Shown here: positions 17,343-28,002 of the stretch, one piece after another
Position numbering within the stretch: position 1 is the first letter of the stretch
Layout: each line of letters begins with the position of its first letter
Assembly (NCBI GenBank): GCA_964014485.1
Contig: CAXHAT010000002.1
Location: forward strand, 56,309 to 120,308
Reading direction: 5' to 3'
Length of the DNA stretch: 64,000 nt
Source of the DNA: an uncultured Deferribacteres bacterium
GTDB lineage: Bacteria > Zhuqueibacterota > Zhuqueibacteria > Zhuqueibacterales > Geothermadaptataceae
Notes under the pieces: model-generated
Database searches by the model: none
The model's input: only the letters and a program-made list of their open reading frames with translations
Told to the model about the DNA's origin: nothing
Position numbers and translations under genes: made by a program

Positions 17343-18305
17343 GTGGAAAAAAAGCCTGTTAAATCCCGCCTGTGGAAGTGGATCAGACGTATCGTTCTGA
17401 CCCTGATCGTCCTCATTGTTCTCCTCATTTATGTTGTTCTTCCCTGGTTCGCGACAGGGTTCATCACGCAGTCTGGCACTCGCCCCGGAGAACGCGATTT
17501 TACGTTCACGCCAATGGATTCCGGCGGCGTCGCTTTCGAAGACGTTGTTTTCCGCGCGGCTGATCCTGAAGTTCACAACAATGAATCAATCGCTCCGGAT
17601 ATTTCCGCCTGGTATCTGCCGCATGACAGCGCCAAAGCCGTGATCATCTATTCTCACGGTCTTTTTCGCTCCCGCCGCGAGGTTCTAAATCTGGCCTGCA
17701 CGCTTTGGGAACAAGGATTTGCGGGATTGATTCTGGATTTGCGCGGTCATGGCGAGAGCCCGGCGGATTTGACCAGCATGGGCTATCTGGAACGATACGA
17801 CATTGTCGGCGCCTCGAAATTCCTGCGTGAAGACTTAACGCCGGATTTGCCGATTATCGCTTACGGCGTTTCCATGGGCGGCGCCGCGACGCTTTTGGCG
17901 ACCTCGGAGAGCAATGAAATCGACATGACGATCGTTGACAGCAGCTTTCTTTCGTTCGAGCATACGATACGCCATCACGCGAAATTTCTCCCCTACATTC
18001 CATCCTGGCCGATTGCGACTTTGGTTATCAATATCGCCGAGAGCCGGATTGGCTTTGACCGCGATGATTTTGATCTGCGCAAAACCGTCGCCCAAATCGA
18101 TGAAAAACCGATTCTGTTCATTGCCGCCGAACGAGATCAGAGAATGCCGATTGAAGTCGCGCAAACTCTCCACGACGCTGCGCTGACGCTGCACAAATCG
18201 CTCGTCATCATCCCCGACGCCACGCACGGACGCGGCTTCCGCACCCACCCTAATCTTTACATTGAAAATATTCTGAATTTCGTTGATGAGCATTTGCACC
18301 ACTAA
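17343..18305 (+). CDS. Alpha/beta hydrolase with N-terminal membrane anchor
   Basis: TM segment IVLTLIVLIVLLIYVVLPWF. Oxyanion-region YSHGLF. Nucleophile elbow GVSMGG. A C-terminal D...H pattern (DATHGRGF). GTG start. Confidence 0.8.
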   Translation: MEKKPVKSRLWKWIRRIVLTLIVLIVLLIYVVLPWFATGFITQSGTRPGERDFTFTPMDSGGVAFEDVVFRAADPEVHNNESIAPDISAWYLPHDSAKAVIIYSHGLFRSRREVLNLACTLWEQGFAGLILDLRGHGESPADLTSMGYLERYDIVGASKFLREDLTPDLPIIAYGVSMGGAATLLATSESNEIDMTIVDSSFLSFEHTIRHHAKFLPYIPSWPIATLVINIAESRIGFDRDDFDLRKTVAQIDEKPILFIAAERDQRMPIEVAQTLHDAALTLHKSLVIIPDATHGRGFRTHPNLYIENILNFVDEHLHH

Positions 18306-18433
18306 ACAATAAATTTTGCACTGATTTGGAGCAAAGCTCAAGCCTCCCGCCATCTAATGCCTATGGTCTGTTAGCCCAATATAAACGCTTTTCAATTAAA
18401 GAGATAGCGCCCGTTTCAAACAAGCAATGCCGC

Positions 18434-18462
18434 TTGACAGCAAGGAAATCTTTTGCTATCTT
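18434..18462 (+). promoter_or_regulatory. Sigma-70-type promoter candidate (TTGACA - 17 nt - TATCTT)
   Basis: TTGACA at 18434-18439 and TATCTT at 18457-18462 with a 17-nt spacer, about 50 nt upstream of the aminotransferase ATG, which has the SD aggaggg. Confidence 0.55.
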
Positions 18463-18514
18463 GCTCGCCTGCCATGTGACAATGTACTGATTTTAGTGAG
18501 GATTAGGAGGGTAA

Positions 18515-19678
18515 ATGCGTTTCGCGAATAGAATGAACCGTTTGGGGACAGAGACCGCCTTCGAAGTTCTGGCCAAAGCCAAAGCGCTCGAAGCGAAGGG
18601 TAAGAATGTTATTCATCTTGAAATTGGGGAGCCTGATTTTGATACGCCTGCGAATATCGTTGAAGCCGGCGTCCGGGCATTGCAGAGTGGGCGAACACAT
18701 TATACACCTGCTGCAGGCATTCCCGAACTCAGAAGCGCGATTGCTAAAGACGTCATGACGCGGCGCGGAGTTGAGATTTCTCCAGACGAAATCGCCGTTA
18801 CGCCAGGCGCTAAACCGATCATGTATTATGTGATTACGGCGCTTGTAGGCCCGGGCGATGAAGTGATTTACCCGAATCCCGGCTTCCCGATTTATGAATC
18901 CGTCATTGAATTTGTTGGCGGCAAGGCCGTTCCGCTGCCGCTGAAGGAAGAGCGCGGATTCAGCTTCGACATCGCCGACCTTGAAGCGAGCGTGACGGAC
19001 AAAACACGATTGATCATCATTAACACCCCGGCGAATCCTACCGGCGGCATACTTTCCCGCGCCGACGTGCAAGCAATTGCCAAAATCGCTCGTGAACGAA
19101 ATATCCCCGTCCTTTCAGACGAAGTTTATAAAAATATCATCTACGACGGAGAACATGTCAGCATCATGGCCGAACCTGGAATGCGCGATTTGACCATTTT
19201 GCTCGACGGCTTTTCCAAGACTTACTCGATGACGGGATGGCGTTTGGGCTTCGGCGTCATGCAGAAAGACTTAGCCGCGGCGGTAGCGAAGCTTATGGTA
19301 AACAGCAACTCTTGCACGGCAACCTTCACGCAGGATGCGGGCGTCGAAGCCCTGCTTGGCCCGCAAGATGAGCCTGCCAAAATGGTGGAAGAATTTCGTA
19401 AGCGGCGCGATTTTGTTGTTAAAGGCTTGAACGAGTTGCCGGGCGTGAGCTGCATTGTGCCAAAAGGCGCTTTCTATGTTTTTCCGAATGTCAGCGAGGT
19501 TCCCATGGAGAGCAAAAAGCTGGCGGATTACATTTTGAATGAGGCCAATGTTGCGGTGCTTTCCGGCACGGCCTTTGGCGAGTATGGCAAAGGTTATCTG
19601 CGACTGAGTTATGCGAACAGCATCGCCAATATTGAAGAAGGCCTGAACCGAATTTACAAAGCGTTGAAACAAATCTAG
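18515..19678 (+). CDS. Pyridoxal-phosphate-dependent class I aminotransferase (aspartate/aromatic type)
   Basis: Motifs YTPAAGIPELR, NPGFP, INTPANPTGG, and the PLP-lysine region GFSKTYSMTGWRLG. Confidence 0.9.
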   Translation: MRFANRMNRLGTETAFEVLAKAKALEAKGKNVIHLEIGEPDFDTPANIVEAGVRALQSGRTHYTPAAGIPELRSAIAKDVMTRRGVEISPDEIAVTPGAKPIMYYVITALVGPGDEVIYPNPGFPIYESVIEFVGGKAVPLPLKEERGFSFDIADLEASVTDKTRLIIINTPANPTGGILSRADVQAIAKIARERNIPVLSDEVYKNIIYDGEHVSIMAEPGMRDLTILLDGFSKTYSMTGWRLGFGVMQKDLAAAVAKLMVNSNSCTATFTQDAGVEALLGPQDEPAKMVEEFRKRRDFVVKGLNELPGVSCIVPKGAFYVFPNVSEVPMESKKLADYILNEANVAVLSGTAFGEYGKGYLRLSYANSIANIEEGLNRIYKALKQI

Positions 19679-19726
19679 CCATAACCACGCTCATTCAAAC
19701 CCATAAATACAAAATCAGGAAAATAC

Positions 19727-20815
19727 ATGGAGCCGAAGAAAACGCCGCTTTATGATCGCCATGTAGCGGCGGGCGCCAGAATGGTCGATTTCGCCGGATA
19801 TTTGATGCCGGTTCAATACAAAGGAATTATTGAAGAGCATCGAGCGGTACGTGAATCGGTAGGATTGTTCGACGTTTCTCACATGGGCGAATTTACCGTT
19901 CGCGGCGAGGGAGCGCTTGATTTCCTGCAAAAAATCACCATCAATGACGTCAGTAAATTGCAAGTCAATCAAGCGCAATACACCGCGATGTGCTACGAAG
20001 ACGGCGGCATTGTAGATGATTTGATCGTTTATCGCCAAAGCGACCACTACTTGATGATCGTCAACGCAGGGAATCTTGAAAAAGATTGGGCTTGGGCTCA
20101 GAAATACGCCGGTGATGGTGTAGAACTGCAGAATGAGAGCGATGCAACGGCTTTGATGGCTTTGCAAGGCCGCAACGCCGAGGCTGTTCTGCAATCTTTA
20201 ACACAAACTGAACTTGGCGCGGTTAAGTTCTACTGGTTTGCGAACGGCCAGGTCTCTGGAGTTCCGGCCATGATTGCGCGCACTGGTTACACTGGCGAGG
20301 CGGGTTTCGAAATAGCCGTTGCTGCGAATGAAGCTCCGAAAGTTTGGGACGCTGTTTTAGAAGCCGGGGAGAAATTCGGCATTCAACCGATTGGGCTGGG
20401 TGCGCGCGACACACTCCGGATGGAAATGAAATACTGCCTCTATGGCAATGACATCGATCAAACCACGAATCCCATCGAAGCCGGGCTTGGTTGGATTACG
20501 AAGTTGGACAAAGGCGATTTTCTTGGCTCCGCCGCCATTTCCCGAGCCAAAGAAAGCGGCCTGGAGCGCAAATTGGTTGGCATGACCATCGAAGGCCGCA
20601 ACATCGGGCGGCATGGTTATCCGATTTTGCATGAAGGCGAACAGGTCGGGGAAATCACTTCCGGAACATTCTCCCTTAGTCTTGAAAAGTCGATCGCGAT
20701 TGGCTATGTTCGCACCGATTTGGCTAAAGTCGGCGCCGAACTTGACGTCCAAATTCGGAAGCGAACTGCGCGAGCGACCGTCATCAAAACGCCTTTTTAT
20801 CAGAGACCTTACTGA
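19727..20815 (+). CDS. gcvT: Glycine cleavage system aminomethyltransferase T
   Basis: TPLYDRHVAAGARMVDFAGYLMPVQY...GLFDVSHMGEF...ARTGYTGEAGFEI...GLGARDTLRMEMKYCLYGNDI. Classic GcvT over its full length (362 aa). Confidence 0.95.
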   Translation: MEPKKTPLYDRHVAAGARMVDFAGYLMPVQYKGIIEEHRAVRESVGLFDVSHMGEFTVRGEGALDFLQKITINDVSKLQVNQAQYTAMCYEDGGIVDDLIVYRQSDHYLMIVNAGNLEKDWAWAQKYAGDGVELQNESDATALMALQGRNAEAVLQSLTQTELGAVKFYWFANGQVSGVPAMIARTGYTGEAGFEIAVAANEAPKVWDAVLEAGEKFGIQPIGLGARDTLRMEMKYCLYGNDIDQTTNPIEAGLGWITKLDKGDFLGSAAISRAKESGLERKLVGMTIEGRNIGRHGYPILHEGEQVGEITSGTFSLSLEKSIAIGYVRTDLAKVGAELDVQIRKRTARATVIKTPFYQRPY

Positions 20816-20825
20816 GAGATTTACT

Positions 20826-23498
20826 ATGGCTTCCAAAAAGGCCGAGCAAGACCCGGGATTGCGTCAGCAGGAGGAAATCTTCGGAATACTCCTGATGACC
20901 TTGGCGTCGCTTGTGTTGATAAGCCTGCTTTCATACGATCCGTCCGAAGAGCCGATGGGGCTGGAGTTTACGCCGGTCAAAAATGCGATGGGCGTGGTCG
21001 GCGTATACATTTCTCACTATTTGATAAAATTTTTTATTGGCTATTCTTCCATTATCATTCCGTTTTTGCTTTTGGCGTGGGGATGGAATCGATTTCGCGG
21101 CAATGACCCCGGCGGTTTGGCGCGCGGCTCATTTTATAGCCTCGGGATCGCTATCTACATTTCAATGCTGCTCGGATTGCCGGAAGCGTCCAACCCTGAA
21201 GGCGCGCAGTTCGGTTTTGATTTTTCCGGCTTGGTTGGCGGATTCCTGGCGACGATGGTTTACAGTCTTTTTGGCCGCGTCGGCAGCATCATCGTTTCAA
21301 TTTCGATTGCGCTCATCTTTTTTGTGGCTGCAACGCAAATTAGCTTTGCACAAATGGTCGCCATTGGTCTCAAAGTCGTTGACGACGCTGTGGGCGCGAT
21401 AAAAAAGCAGATTGCCAATTTCAAATTGCCGCCCATGCCGAAATTTGAACGCCCGGTTCGGCAATCCGATGACGTGGAAAAGAAGCCGGAAAGGATGGTC
21501 CGCCCTCAGTTGCAACCACAGAGTCCGAGAAATGAACCTCGTCGTGAGCCTCTGATATCGCAACCTCAGGAAAAAGAGCGTCGGCAACCGCCGAGAGCCG
21601 TGCCAAACTATAAGAAAATTCATGAGTTAAGCCGGCAAGAGTCAACGGAGATTCCAGCACAGCCGCAGCAGCCGCGAAACCTGGAACGTCCTCAAAAATC
21701 TCCTTCGACACCCCCTGTCTTTGAGCGCCAATCTCTCGAAGAACCTGAAGTTTCTCCTCAAAAACAGCGGCCAGAGCCGCAACTTAGGAGCCCGGAGCCG
21801 ACGGGACGAAAGCCGGGAAATTTGGCCGATTCACAGCCCGCCGATCCGCCGTTTGACGCTCAACCTCAGCGCGAAACGCCTTCAACGCCGCAACCGGCGC
21901 CGTTCGATGCTCCGCCGCCTTTAGACCATTTTGATCAAGTTACGGTTACGGAGCGTGAAGACGTTGAGGAAGTTAAAACGGACGCCGAGTTGCCGAATCC
22001 GGTCGCGCTTGGAGATTATGTTTTTCCCGGCCTCGAGTTTCTACATTATCCGGAGTCTCTGGTCAGCGTCACGCCGCAAGAGGAATTGAAGGAGAATGGC
22101 AGAACCCTGGAGCGTCGTTTGGAAGAATTTGGCGTTTCAGGACAAATCGTCGCCATAAATCCGGGGCCTGTGATTACGCGCTACGAATATGAGCCGGCGC
22201 CCGGCGTCAAGATTAGCCGCATAACCAATCTGTCCGATGATTTGGCGATGGCAATGCGTGCGCAGCGCATCCGAATCGTTGCGCCAATTCCGGGAAAGGC
22301 CGCCGTTGGCATCGAATTGCCGAATCGTGAACCGGATACGGTTTATCTGCGCCAGCTTCTGGATTGCGATGATTTTGAGCAATCGGATTCTCCGCTGGCG
22401 ATAGCCTTGGGCAAAACGATCAGCGGTAAGCCGTTTGTCACGAATCTGGACAAAATGCCTCACTTGCTGGTCGCGGGATCCACAGGCTCTGGAAAAAGCG
22501 TTTGCCTGAACGCGATTATTTCGAGCATTCTTTATAAAGCGCACCCGACTGAGGTCAAATTTGTTTTGATCGATCCCAAGCGGCTGGAATTGAACTTGTA
22601 CAGCCAATTGATCAATCATCATTTGATTTATCGCGAAGACTTGAACGAAGTTGTCGTCACGAATCCGCAAAACGCGCTTGCCGTGCTGCGCAGCGTGGAG
22701 TACGAGATGGAGCAGCGCTATGATTTGTTTGCCGGCGCGAATGTCCGCAACATCGCGGATTACAATTCTCGCGCTCGTGCGGGCAGAATTAAAACAGATG
22801 ACGGTGAGCTTGCCGAGCCGCTGCCTTACATCGTTGTGGTGATCGATGAATTGGCTGACTTGATGCTGATGGCCGCGAAAGAGGTTGAAGAGCCGATTGC
22901 GCGATTGACGCAAATGGCGCGCGCTATTGGTATTCATATGATCGTGGCGACGCAGCGTCCGTCCGTAGATGTTATCACCGGCGTGATCAAGGCGAATTTC
23001 CCGGCGCGGATCGCCTTTGCTGTCGCTTCAAAAACAGACTCTCGAACGATTCTCGACGCCAATGGCGCGGAGAAATTGTTGGGGCGCGGCGATATGCTTT
23101 ACATGCCGCCCGGCTCACCGGAAATTGTGCGGTTGCACGGCGCTTTTATCACCACGGATGAAATCGAGCAAATACTCGAGCATATTCACAGGCAGCCGCG
23201 CTATCCGACCAAGCTTTTGCCGATTCGCGATGAAGAAATTGACGCCAGTTTCGACGTTGGCGACGGACGTTCTGAGAGAGACGCTTTATTTAACGAAGCC
23301 GTGAAACTCATTGTCCGACACCAACAAGGCTCAATTTCGCTTTTGCAGCGCCGATTAAAAGTCGGGTACGCCAGAGCCGCCAGATTGATCGACGAACTGG
23401 AAGCTGCAGGCATCGTCGGCGGCTTCGACGGCAGCAAAGCGCGGGAAGTTCTGGTTGGCGAAGATTTTCTGGAAGTGACGGATTTGGACGAGATCTGA
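20826..23498 (+). CDS. ftsK: DNA translocase FtsK/SpoIIIE
   Basis: N-terminal TM helices and a Pro/Gln-rich linker. Motor domain with Walker A AGSTGSGKSV, VVVIDELADLMM and ATQRPSVDVITG. C-terminal gamma domain ISLLQRRLKVGYARAARLIDELE. The track ORF starts at 20613 inside gcvT; the ATG at 20826 (MASKKAEQ), 10 nt after the gcvT stop, is preferred. Confidence 0.95.
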   Translation: MASKKAEQDPGLRQQEEIFGILLMTLASLVLISLLSYDPSEEPMGLEFTPVKNAMGVVGVYISHYLIKFFIGYSSIIIPFLLLAWGWNRFRGNDPGGLARGSFYSLGIAIYISMLLGLPEASNPEGAQFGFDFSGLVGGFLATMVYSLFGRVGSIIVSISIALIFFVAATQISFAQMVAIGLKVVDDAVGAIKKQIANFKLPPMPKFERPVRQSDDVEKKPERMVRPQLQPQSPRNEPRREPLISQPQEKERRQPPRAVPNYKKIHELSRQESTEIPAQPQQPRNLERPQKSPSTPPVFERQSLEEPEVSPQKQRPEPQLRSPEPTGRKPGNLADSQPADPPFDAQPQRETPSTPQPAPFDAPPPLDHFDQVTVTEREDVEEVKTDAELPNPVALGDYVFPGLEFLHYPESLVSVTPQEELKENGRTLERRLEEFGVSGQIVAINPGPVITRYEYEPAPGVKISRITNLSDDLAMAMRAQRIRIVAPIPGKAAVGIELPNREPDTVYLRQLLDCDDFEQSDSPLAIALGKTISGKPFVTNLDKMPHLLVAGSTGSGKSVCLNAIISSILYKAHPTEVKFVLIDPKRLELNLYSQLINHHLIYREDLNEVVVTNPQNALAVLRSVEYEMEQRYDLFAGANVRNIADYNSRARAGRIKTDDGELAEPLPYIVVVIDELADLMLMAAKEVEEPIARLTQMARAIGIHMIVATQRPSVDVITGVIKANFPARIAFAVASKTDSRTILDANGAEKLLGRGDMLYMPPGSPEIVRLHGAFITTDEIEQILEHIHRQPRYPTKLLPIRDEEIDASFDVGDGRSERDALFNEAVKLIVRHQQGSISLLQRRLKVGYARAARLIDELEAAGIVGGFDGSKAREVLVGEDFLEVTDLDEI

Positions 23499-23564
23499 AA
23501 CACTCTGCTGACCTCGGTCGTCTTAATGGCGCAATCTCAATGGAAAGCGGTTTTAGGAGTAAAC

Positions 23565-24227
23565 ATGATTCGTAAAAATAAATTAAAGTTGTTTCTTGGC
23601 GTGATTGCTTGCCTCGCGATTTTGGCTGGAGAAGGCTTGGCGCAGAACGCGAAAGACATCGTCAAAAACGTCCGTAAGAAATATGAAAAACTGGCTTCTT
23701 TTGAAGCTGATTTTGTCCAAACGTCAGTCTGGGCGCTGGCCGGCGAAGAGCAGAAGGAGGGCGGCAGGCTCGCTCTGGGAGAAAAAAATAAATATCGGAT
23801 AGAAACCGATACGCAGTTGATTATTTCTGACGGTAATAGGGTTTGGACTTATTCAAAAGAGCGGAATCAAGTGATTCTCGACTTGCTTACCAAGTCGAAG
23901 GAACACCAGCTTCCGAAGGATATTCTTTTGAAATACACCGAGAACTCAAGGGTTGAGTTGTTAGGGGAGTCGGTTATAGGCGGGACGCCTTGTTTTGAGC
24001 TTAAGTTTACGCCAAAAGACGAAGACGCGTTTATCATGTCTACGAAACTGTGGGTGGACAAAAACAAGCTCGTTACGCTCAGGATAGAGCAGGAAGATAT
24101 CAACGAAAATATCACTCGCTACGATCTTGAGAAAATCAAAATGAACCCGCCGCTCGAAAACGCTCTGTTTTCGTTCACGATTCCCGCAGACGCTGAAGTC
24201 ATTGATCTCAGCGATCTTAACAAATAA
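23565..24227 (+). CDS. lolA: Outer-membrane lipoprotein carrier LolA-like protein
   Basis: Signal peptide MIRKNKLKLFLGVIACLAILAGEGLA. It shows the typical LolA layout (...YEKLASFEADFVQT...) and the conserved ftsK-lolA synteny. SD aggag lies 5 nt before the ATG at 23565; the track start at 23526 has no SD. Confidence 0.7.
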   Translation: MIRKNKLKLFLGVIACLAILAGEGLAQNAKDIVKNVRKKYEKLASFEADFVQTSVWALAGEEQKEGGRLALGEKNKYRIETDTQLIISDGNRVWTYSKERNQVILDLLTKSKEHQLPKDILLKYTENSRVELLGESVIGGTPCFELKFTPKDEDAFIMSTKLWVDKNKLVTLRIEQEDINENITRYDLEKIKMNPPLENALFSFTIPADAEVIDLSDLNK

Positions 24228-24417
24228 CCTCCCGCAGATTTCTCAACCAAAAAATTTCGCGGCGCTTTTATGCACAAACGTTTTACCAAAGGCGCCGTAA
24301 AAAACGAACGGCTTATCGCAGAAAAAGCGGTCTGACGAACAGGAAGTTCATCGCGTTTTTTCGCTGTGTTTGCACACACCTCGATACACAGCATAAGCAA
24401 CTTAGGGCGGCAGTTTT

Positions 24418-25038
24418 ATGATGAAGCACAGCAAACGACGGCTTGGTCCGTCTATTTGGCTTACCGTCATCCTTGCGTCTATGCCTCTCGCGGCGTCAGC
24501 GCAAGATGACTATTCCTCCAATTCTGACTCCAATCGCGGCTCCATTTACTATTTTGGCGACAATGATGAACTCCTGATGCGTGTCAACGTTTGGGGATTT
24601 GTCCAGAAGCCGGGGCAGTACATGGTGCCAAAAGACACCGACCTCATTTCGCTCATTTCTTTCGCGGGCGGTCCTCGGGAACAGGCAAAATTGAGCAAGA
24701 TCAAGCTCATTCGCCGAGAAAATGACTCCGGTTCGGAGCATGTTCAAAAAGGCGAGTCAAAGCAGTTCGCGATGAACGGGCCACAGTCTGCAATAAGTGC
24801 GGATGATGAAGCGAACGCCCTGGCGCGCGGCGATGGCAAGCAGCTAATCCACAAAGTGAACGTCAAACGCTACAAGAAAACGGGCGATGAATCTCTGATC
24901 CCGCAACTAAAGCCTGGCGATACAATTATTGTGGAAGGCTCGCGGTTTCATTTTATCACCAAGGCGCTGGATTTTACCGGGCGGCTGGCGGTGTTTGTGA
25001 ATATCTACTACCTGATTAAACTTTCCCAAAATCGATAA
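24418..25038 (+). CDS. Polysaccharide export protein, SLBB-domain (short Wza-like)
   Basis: Signal peptide. SLBB-like VNVWGFVQKPGQYMVPKDTDLISLISFAGGPREQAKLSKIKLIR and a second unit LKPGDTIIVEGS. At 206 aa it is much shorter than Wza. Confidence 0.65.
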   Translation: MMKHSKRRLGPSIWLTVILASMPLAASAQDDYSSNSDSNRGSIYYFGDNDELLMRVNVWGFVQKPGQYMVPKDTDLISLISFAGGPREQAKLSKIKLIRRENDSGSEHVQKGESKQFAMNGPQSAISADDEANALARGDGKQLIHKVNVKRYKKTGDESLIPQLKPGDTIIVEGSRFHFITKALDFTGRLAVFVNIYYLIKLSQNR

Positions 25039-25153
25039 AAACACGCTGTGATCTCTGAGACGGCGGCTGGTTGACAAAAGCGGCTTGCTTCGGCTTCACG
25101 GGACAGGAAGGGTTTAAGCGCATCAGCGTTTCATTCTTAACGGAATTTGCAAA

Positions 25154-27529
25154 ATGGACGAGCATCTGGAAAAACAGGCGTCGTTAAACGACTATCTGCG
25201 CATTCTTTTGCGCGGCAAGTGGATCATATTGTCGTCATTCATCATCGTTATGGCGATCACGGTTTATATTACGATGACGGCGACGCCAATCTACCAAGCC
25301 AGCGCAAAAGTGATTATTAAGGGAGAAGGCAACGTCGGCGCGAGCTTGTTTGAAGTCAATAGCATCATCAAGAATGAAACGATGATCAACAATCAAGTGG
25401 AAATCTTGAAAAGCCGCACTCTGGCGCAGACGACGATTGAGCGTTTGATGCAATCCCCGCACGCAGGGACGCTGGCGATTTTAGGGAACGTGCCGGCTGA
25501 CAGTGAAAAGAACGGTATGTTTGCAGGGGTTGGTAAAAGCTTGAAGAGCTTTTTCGGCATGTCAAAGAACGGCAAAGAAGAACCGGCGCCGGAAATCAGT
25601 CCGGAATTGAAGATTGTTAATCAGGCGAAAGTGCTGCGGACGATGATCGCTGTCGAGCCCATCCGAAATACGGACATGATCGAAATTAAGGTTGTAGCGA
25701 CAAACGCCAACGAAGCTGCGATCGTGACCAATACTTTGACCGAAGCCTATGCTTCGCTCAACCGGAAGCAAAGCCAGGAAGAAGTCACGCAGGTTAAAAC
25801 CTTTTTAGACGATCAATTGAAACTTATTCAAGCGCAACTTGCTGAGTCTGAAAATGCTTTGAAGGAGTTTCAGGAAAAGGAAAACGTCGTTTCACTTTCG
25901 AGCGAAACGACTGAGTTGATTCGCAAAATCGCCGAGTTTGAAACGCTGTATAATACGGCGCTGACCGATCTGAATTCGGGCCGCGAAAGACTCGCTTATA
26001 TAAATGAGCAACTCAAGCTCAACAAACAAAACTTCGATTTTGAGTCTATAACCGCAGCCCCATATCTCGAACATTTGCGCGGGAAAATAACCAGTCTGGA
26101 GCAAGAGCGCGCTTCAAAAACAGCTGCGCTTATCAATGAAGGCGCGAACTACAATGATCACCCTCAAATCCGGCAAATTGACGAGCGTATTAGCTTCCTG
26201 ACAGAAGAATTTGAAAAAGAGTCGGCGAAAATTATTTCCAGAAACATTGTCAACCCTGTTGCGATGAGTGAAGATTTGCTGACGAGTAAAATTGAAGTTG
26301 AAGCAAGCATCGCTTCTTTAAAACCGCGCGTCGAAGTTTTGAAAGACGTCGTGGATAAATATGCCGCTGAGTTGGATGATTTGCCGGAAAAAAGCCTGCG
26401 GTTAGCGCAACTGCAGCGCGCCGCTCAGGTCGATGAAAAGATTTTCCTGATGATGAAAGAAAAGTATCAGGAATCACGCATCACAGAGGTCGGGCAACTC
26501 GGCGACGTCCGGATTATCGATGAAGCCGCCGCGCCGGAATTTCCCATTGCGCCGCGCAAACGCATGAACTTAATGCTCGGCATGATTATCGGGTTAGGGT
26601 TGGGAATCGGGTTGACTTTCTTGCTGGAAAGCATGGACAATTCGGTGCGCACGATTGAAGATTTGGAGCGGCTCGGCATCCCGGTGCTCGGCTCAATTCC
26701 ATTGATCGATGAAGAAGACGCCGCCAAGCGTGTGAAGACGCTGCCTAAAAACTCGCAAAACGGCAAGGCGGACTCGGCTGAGAGCCGAAAAACGGTTGCC
26801 CGATTAATTTCGCATTTTGCACCAAAATCACCGATCTCGGAAGCCTACCGGACTTTCAGAACGAACATTCAATACACCAAAACCGATGCAACTTTAAAAA
26901 CGCTCTTGGTGACAAGCCCCGGCCCCGGCGAAGGAAAATCGACAACAATTGCAAACTTGGCGATAACTTTGTCTCAATCAGGAAATCGCGTTTTACTTGT
27001 CGATGCTGATTTGAGACGTCCCGTTTTGCATTCGATTTTTGGGACCGACAGATCACGCGGCTTGACGAATGTTCTTGTCGGGAAAATGGAAATTGATGAC
27101 GTTGTTCAAAAGACGGAAATCGAGAACCTGTTTTTAATGCCCTGCGGCACGCTGCCGCCAAATCCTTCGGAGTTACTTGGAAGTTCTTCGATGGAGAAGG
27201 TGATTGAGGCGCTCAAAGATCGTTTTGACGTCATACTTTTCGACAGCCCGCCGATTATCGCGGTGACGGACGCAGCGGTGCTGGGCAGCAAAGTAGACGG
27301 ACTCGTGGTTGTTGTAAAATCAGGCCAGACCTTCCGAGACGCAACGCAACGCGCCAAGGCGCTGATTAACAATGTGAAAATCCCGGTGTTAGGCGCACTG
27401 CTTAACGGCGTCCGGATCGAGAGCATGTACGGCAGCTACTACTATTATTATCATTATTACTATTACGGTAAGGACAATGATAAAAAGAAGAAGCGCAAAT
27501 CGAGAAAGAAGCGTGATCGCGCCTATTAA
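25154..27529 (+). CDS. Polysaccharide co-polymerase / BY-type tyrosine kinase (Wzc/GumC-like)
   Basis: Wzz-like N-terminus with TM, a long coiled-coil periplasmic region and a second TM (MLGMIIGLGLGIGLTFLL). Walker A SPGPGEGKSTTIANLA, VLLVDADLRRP, ILFDSPP. Tyr-rich tail YGSYYYYYHYYYYG. Confidence 0.9.
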   Translation: MDEHLEKQASLNDYLRILLRGKWIILSSFIIVMAITVYITMTATPIYQASAKVIIKGEGNVGASLFEVNSIIKNETMINNQVEILKSRTLAQTTIERLMQSPHAGTLAILGNVPADSEKNGMFAGVGKSLKSFFGMSKNGKEEPAPEISPELKIVNQAKVLRTMIAVEPIRNTDMIEIKVVATNANEAAIVTNTLTEAYASLNRKQSQEEVTQVKTFLDDQLKLIQAQLAESENALKEFQEKENVVSLSSETTELIRKIAEFETLYNTALTDLNSGRERLAYINEQLKLNKQNFDFESITAAPYLEHLRGKITSLEQERASKTAALINEGANYNDHPQIRQIDERISFLTEEFEKESAKIISRNIVNPVAMSEDLLTSKIEVEASIASLKPRVEVLKDVVDKYAAELDDLPEKSLRLAQLQRAAQVDEKIFLMMKEKYQESRITEVGQLGDVRIIDEAAAPEFPIAPRKRMNLMLGMIIGLGLGIGLTFLLESMDNSVRTIEDLERLGIPVLGSIPLIDEEDAAKRVKTLPKNSQNGKADSAESRKTVARLISHFAPKSPISEAYRTFRTNIQYTKTDATLKTLLVTSPGPGEGKSTTIANLAITLSQSGNRVLLVDADLRRPVLHSIFGTDRSRGLTNVLVGKMEIDDVVQKTEIENLFLMPCGTLPPNPSELLGSSSMEKVIEALKDRFDVILFDSPPIIAVTDAAVLGSKVDGLVVVVKSGQTFRDATQRAKALINNVKIPVLGALLNGVRIESMYGSYYYYYHYYYYGKDNDKKKKRKSRKKRDRAY

Positions 27530-28002
27530 GAGACCGTCTGGGAGCTCTGGAGTCAAGCGCTTGGGCGTTTGAAAGTTCAAAGCCTTTAAGGCGACGATAG
27601 ATGATCGCACACAGAAAAGTGCATTCATCAAGCGCTTTGTATTTTGCTTATATCGACGATGTCTCGTCTGATCGAAAGATTGTTCTAAAACAGCCGCCGA
27701 CTTCTCTGGACAAATGATCCAGCCATACGGCTGAGTCACGGCGTTTGACTGTTACATTTTGATATTATCACGGGAGTTTTACTCCTTTCGCGAATCTTCT
27801 GGCAGAAATTCGCTCTTAACCTGAATAATCCAGGTTAGGTTAAGCTCAAAATTTTCAAAAGCGGGGGATCGATCATGTCAAAAGCACGGTCGCGATAATC
27901 TAACGCACAATTTGATTTGTGCGCCAAAAACAGCCATGTGACTGGCATGGCGGAGCTTTATCTAAACCTGACTTTAATTTGAATTTTCCAAGAGGGAGGC
28001 GA

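Noticed and set aside
20613-20825. Upstream extension of ftsK (track start 20613), overlapping 200 nt of gcvT
   Set aside because: The extension is out of frame within gcvT and has no FtsK-like sequence. The ATG at 20826 follows the gcvT stop by 10 nt and begins the expected N-terminal membrane domain.
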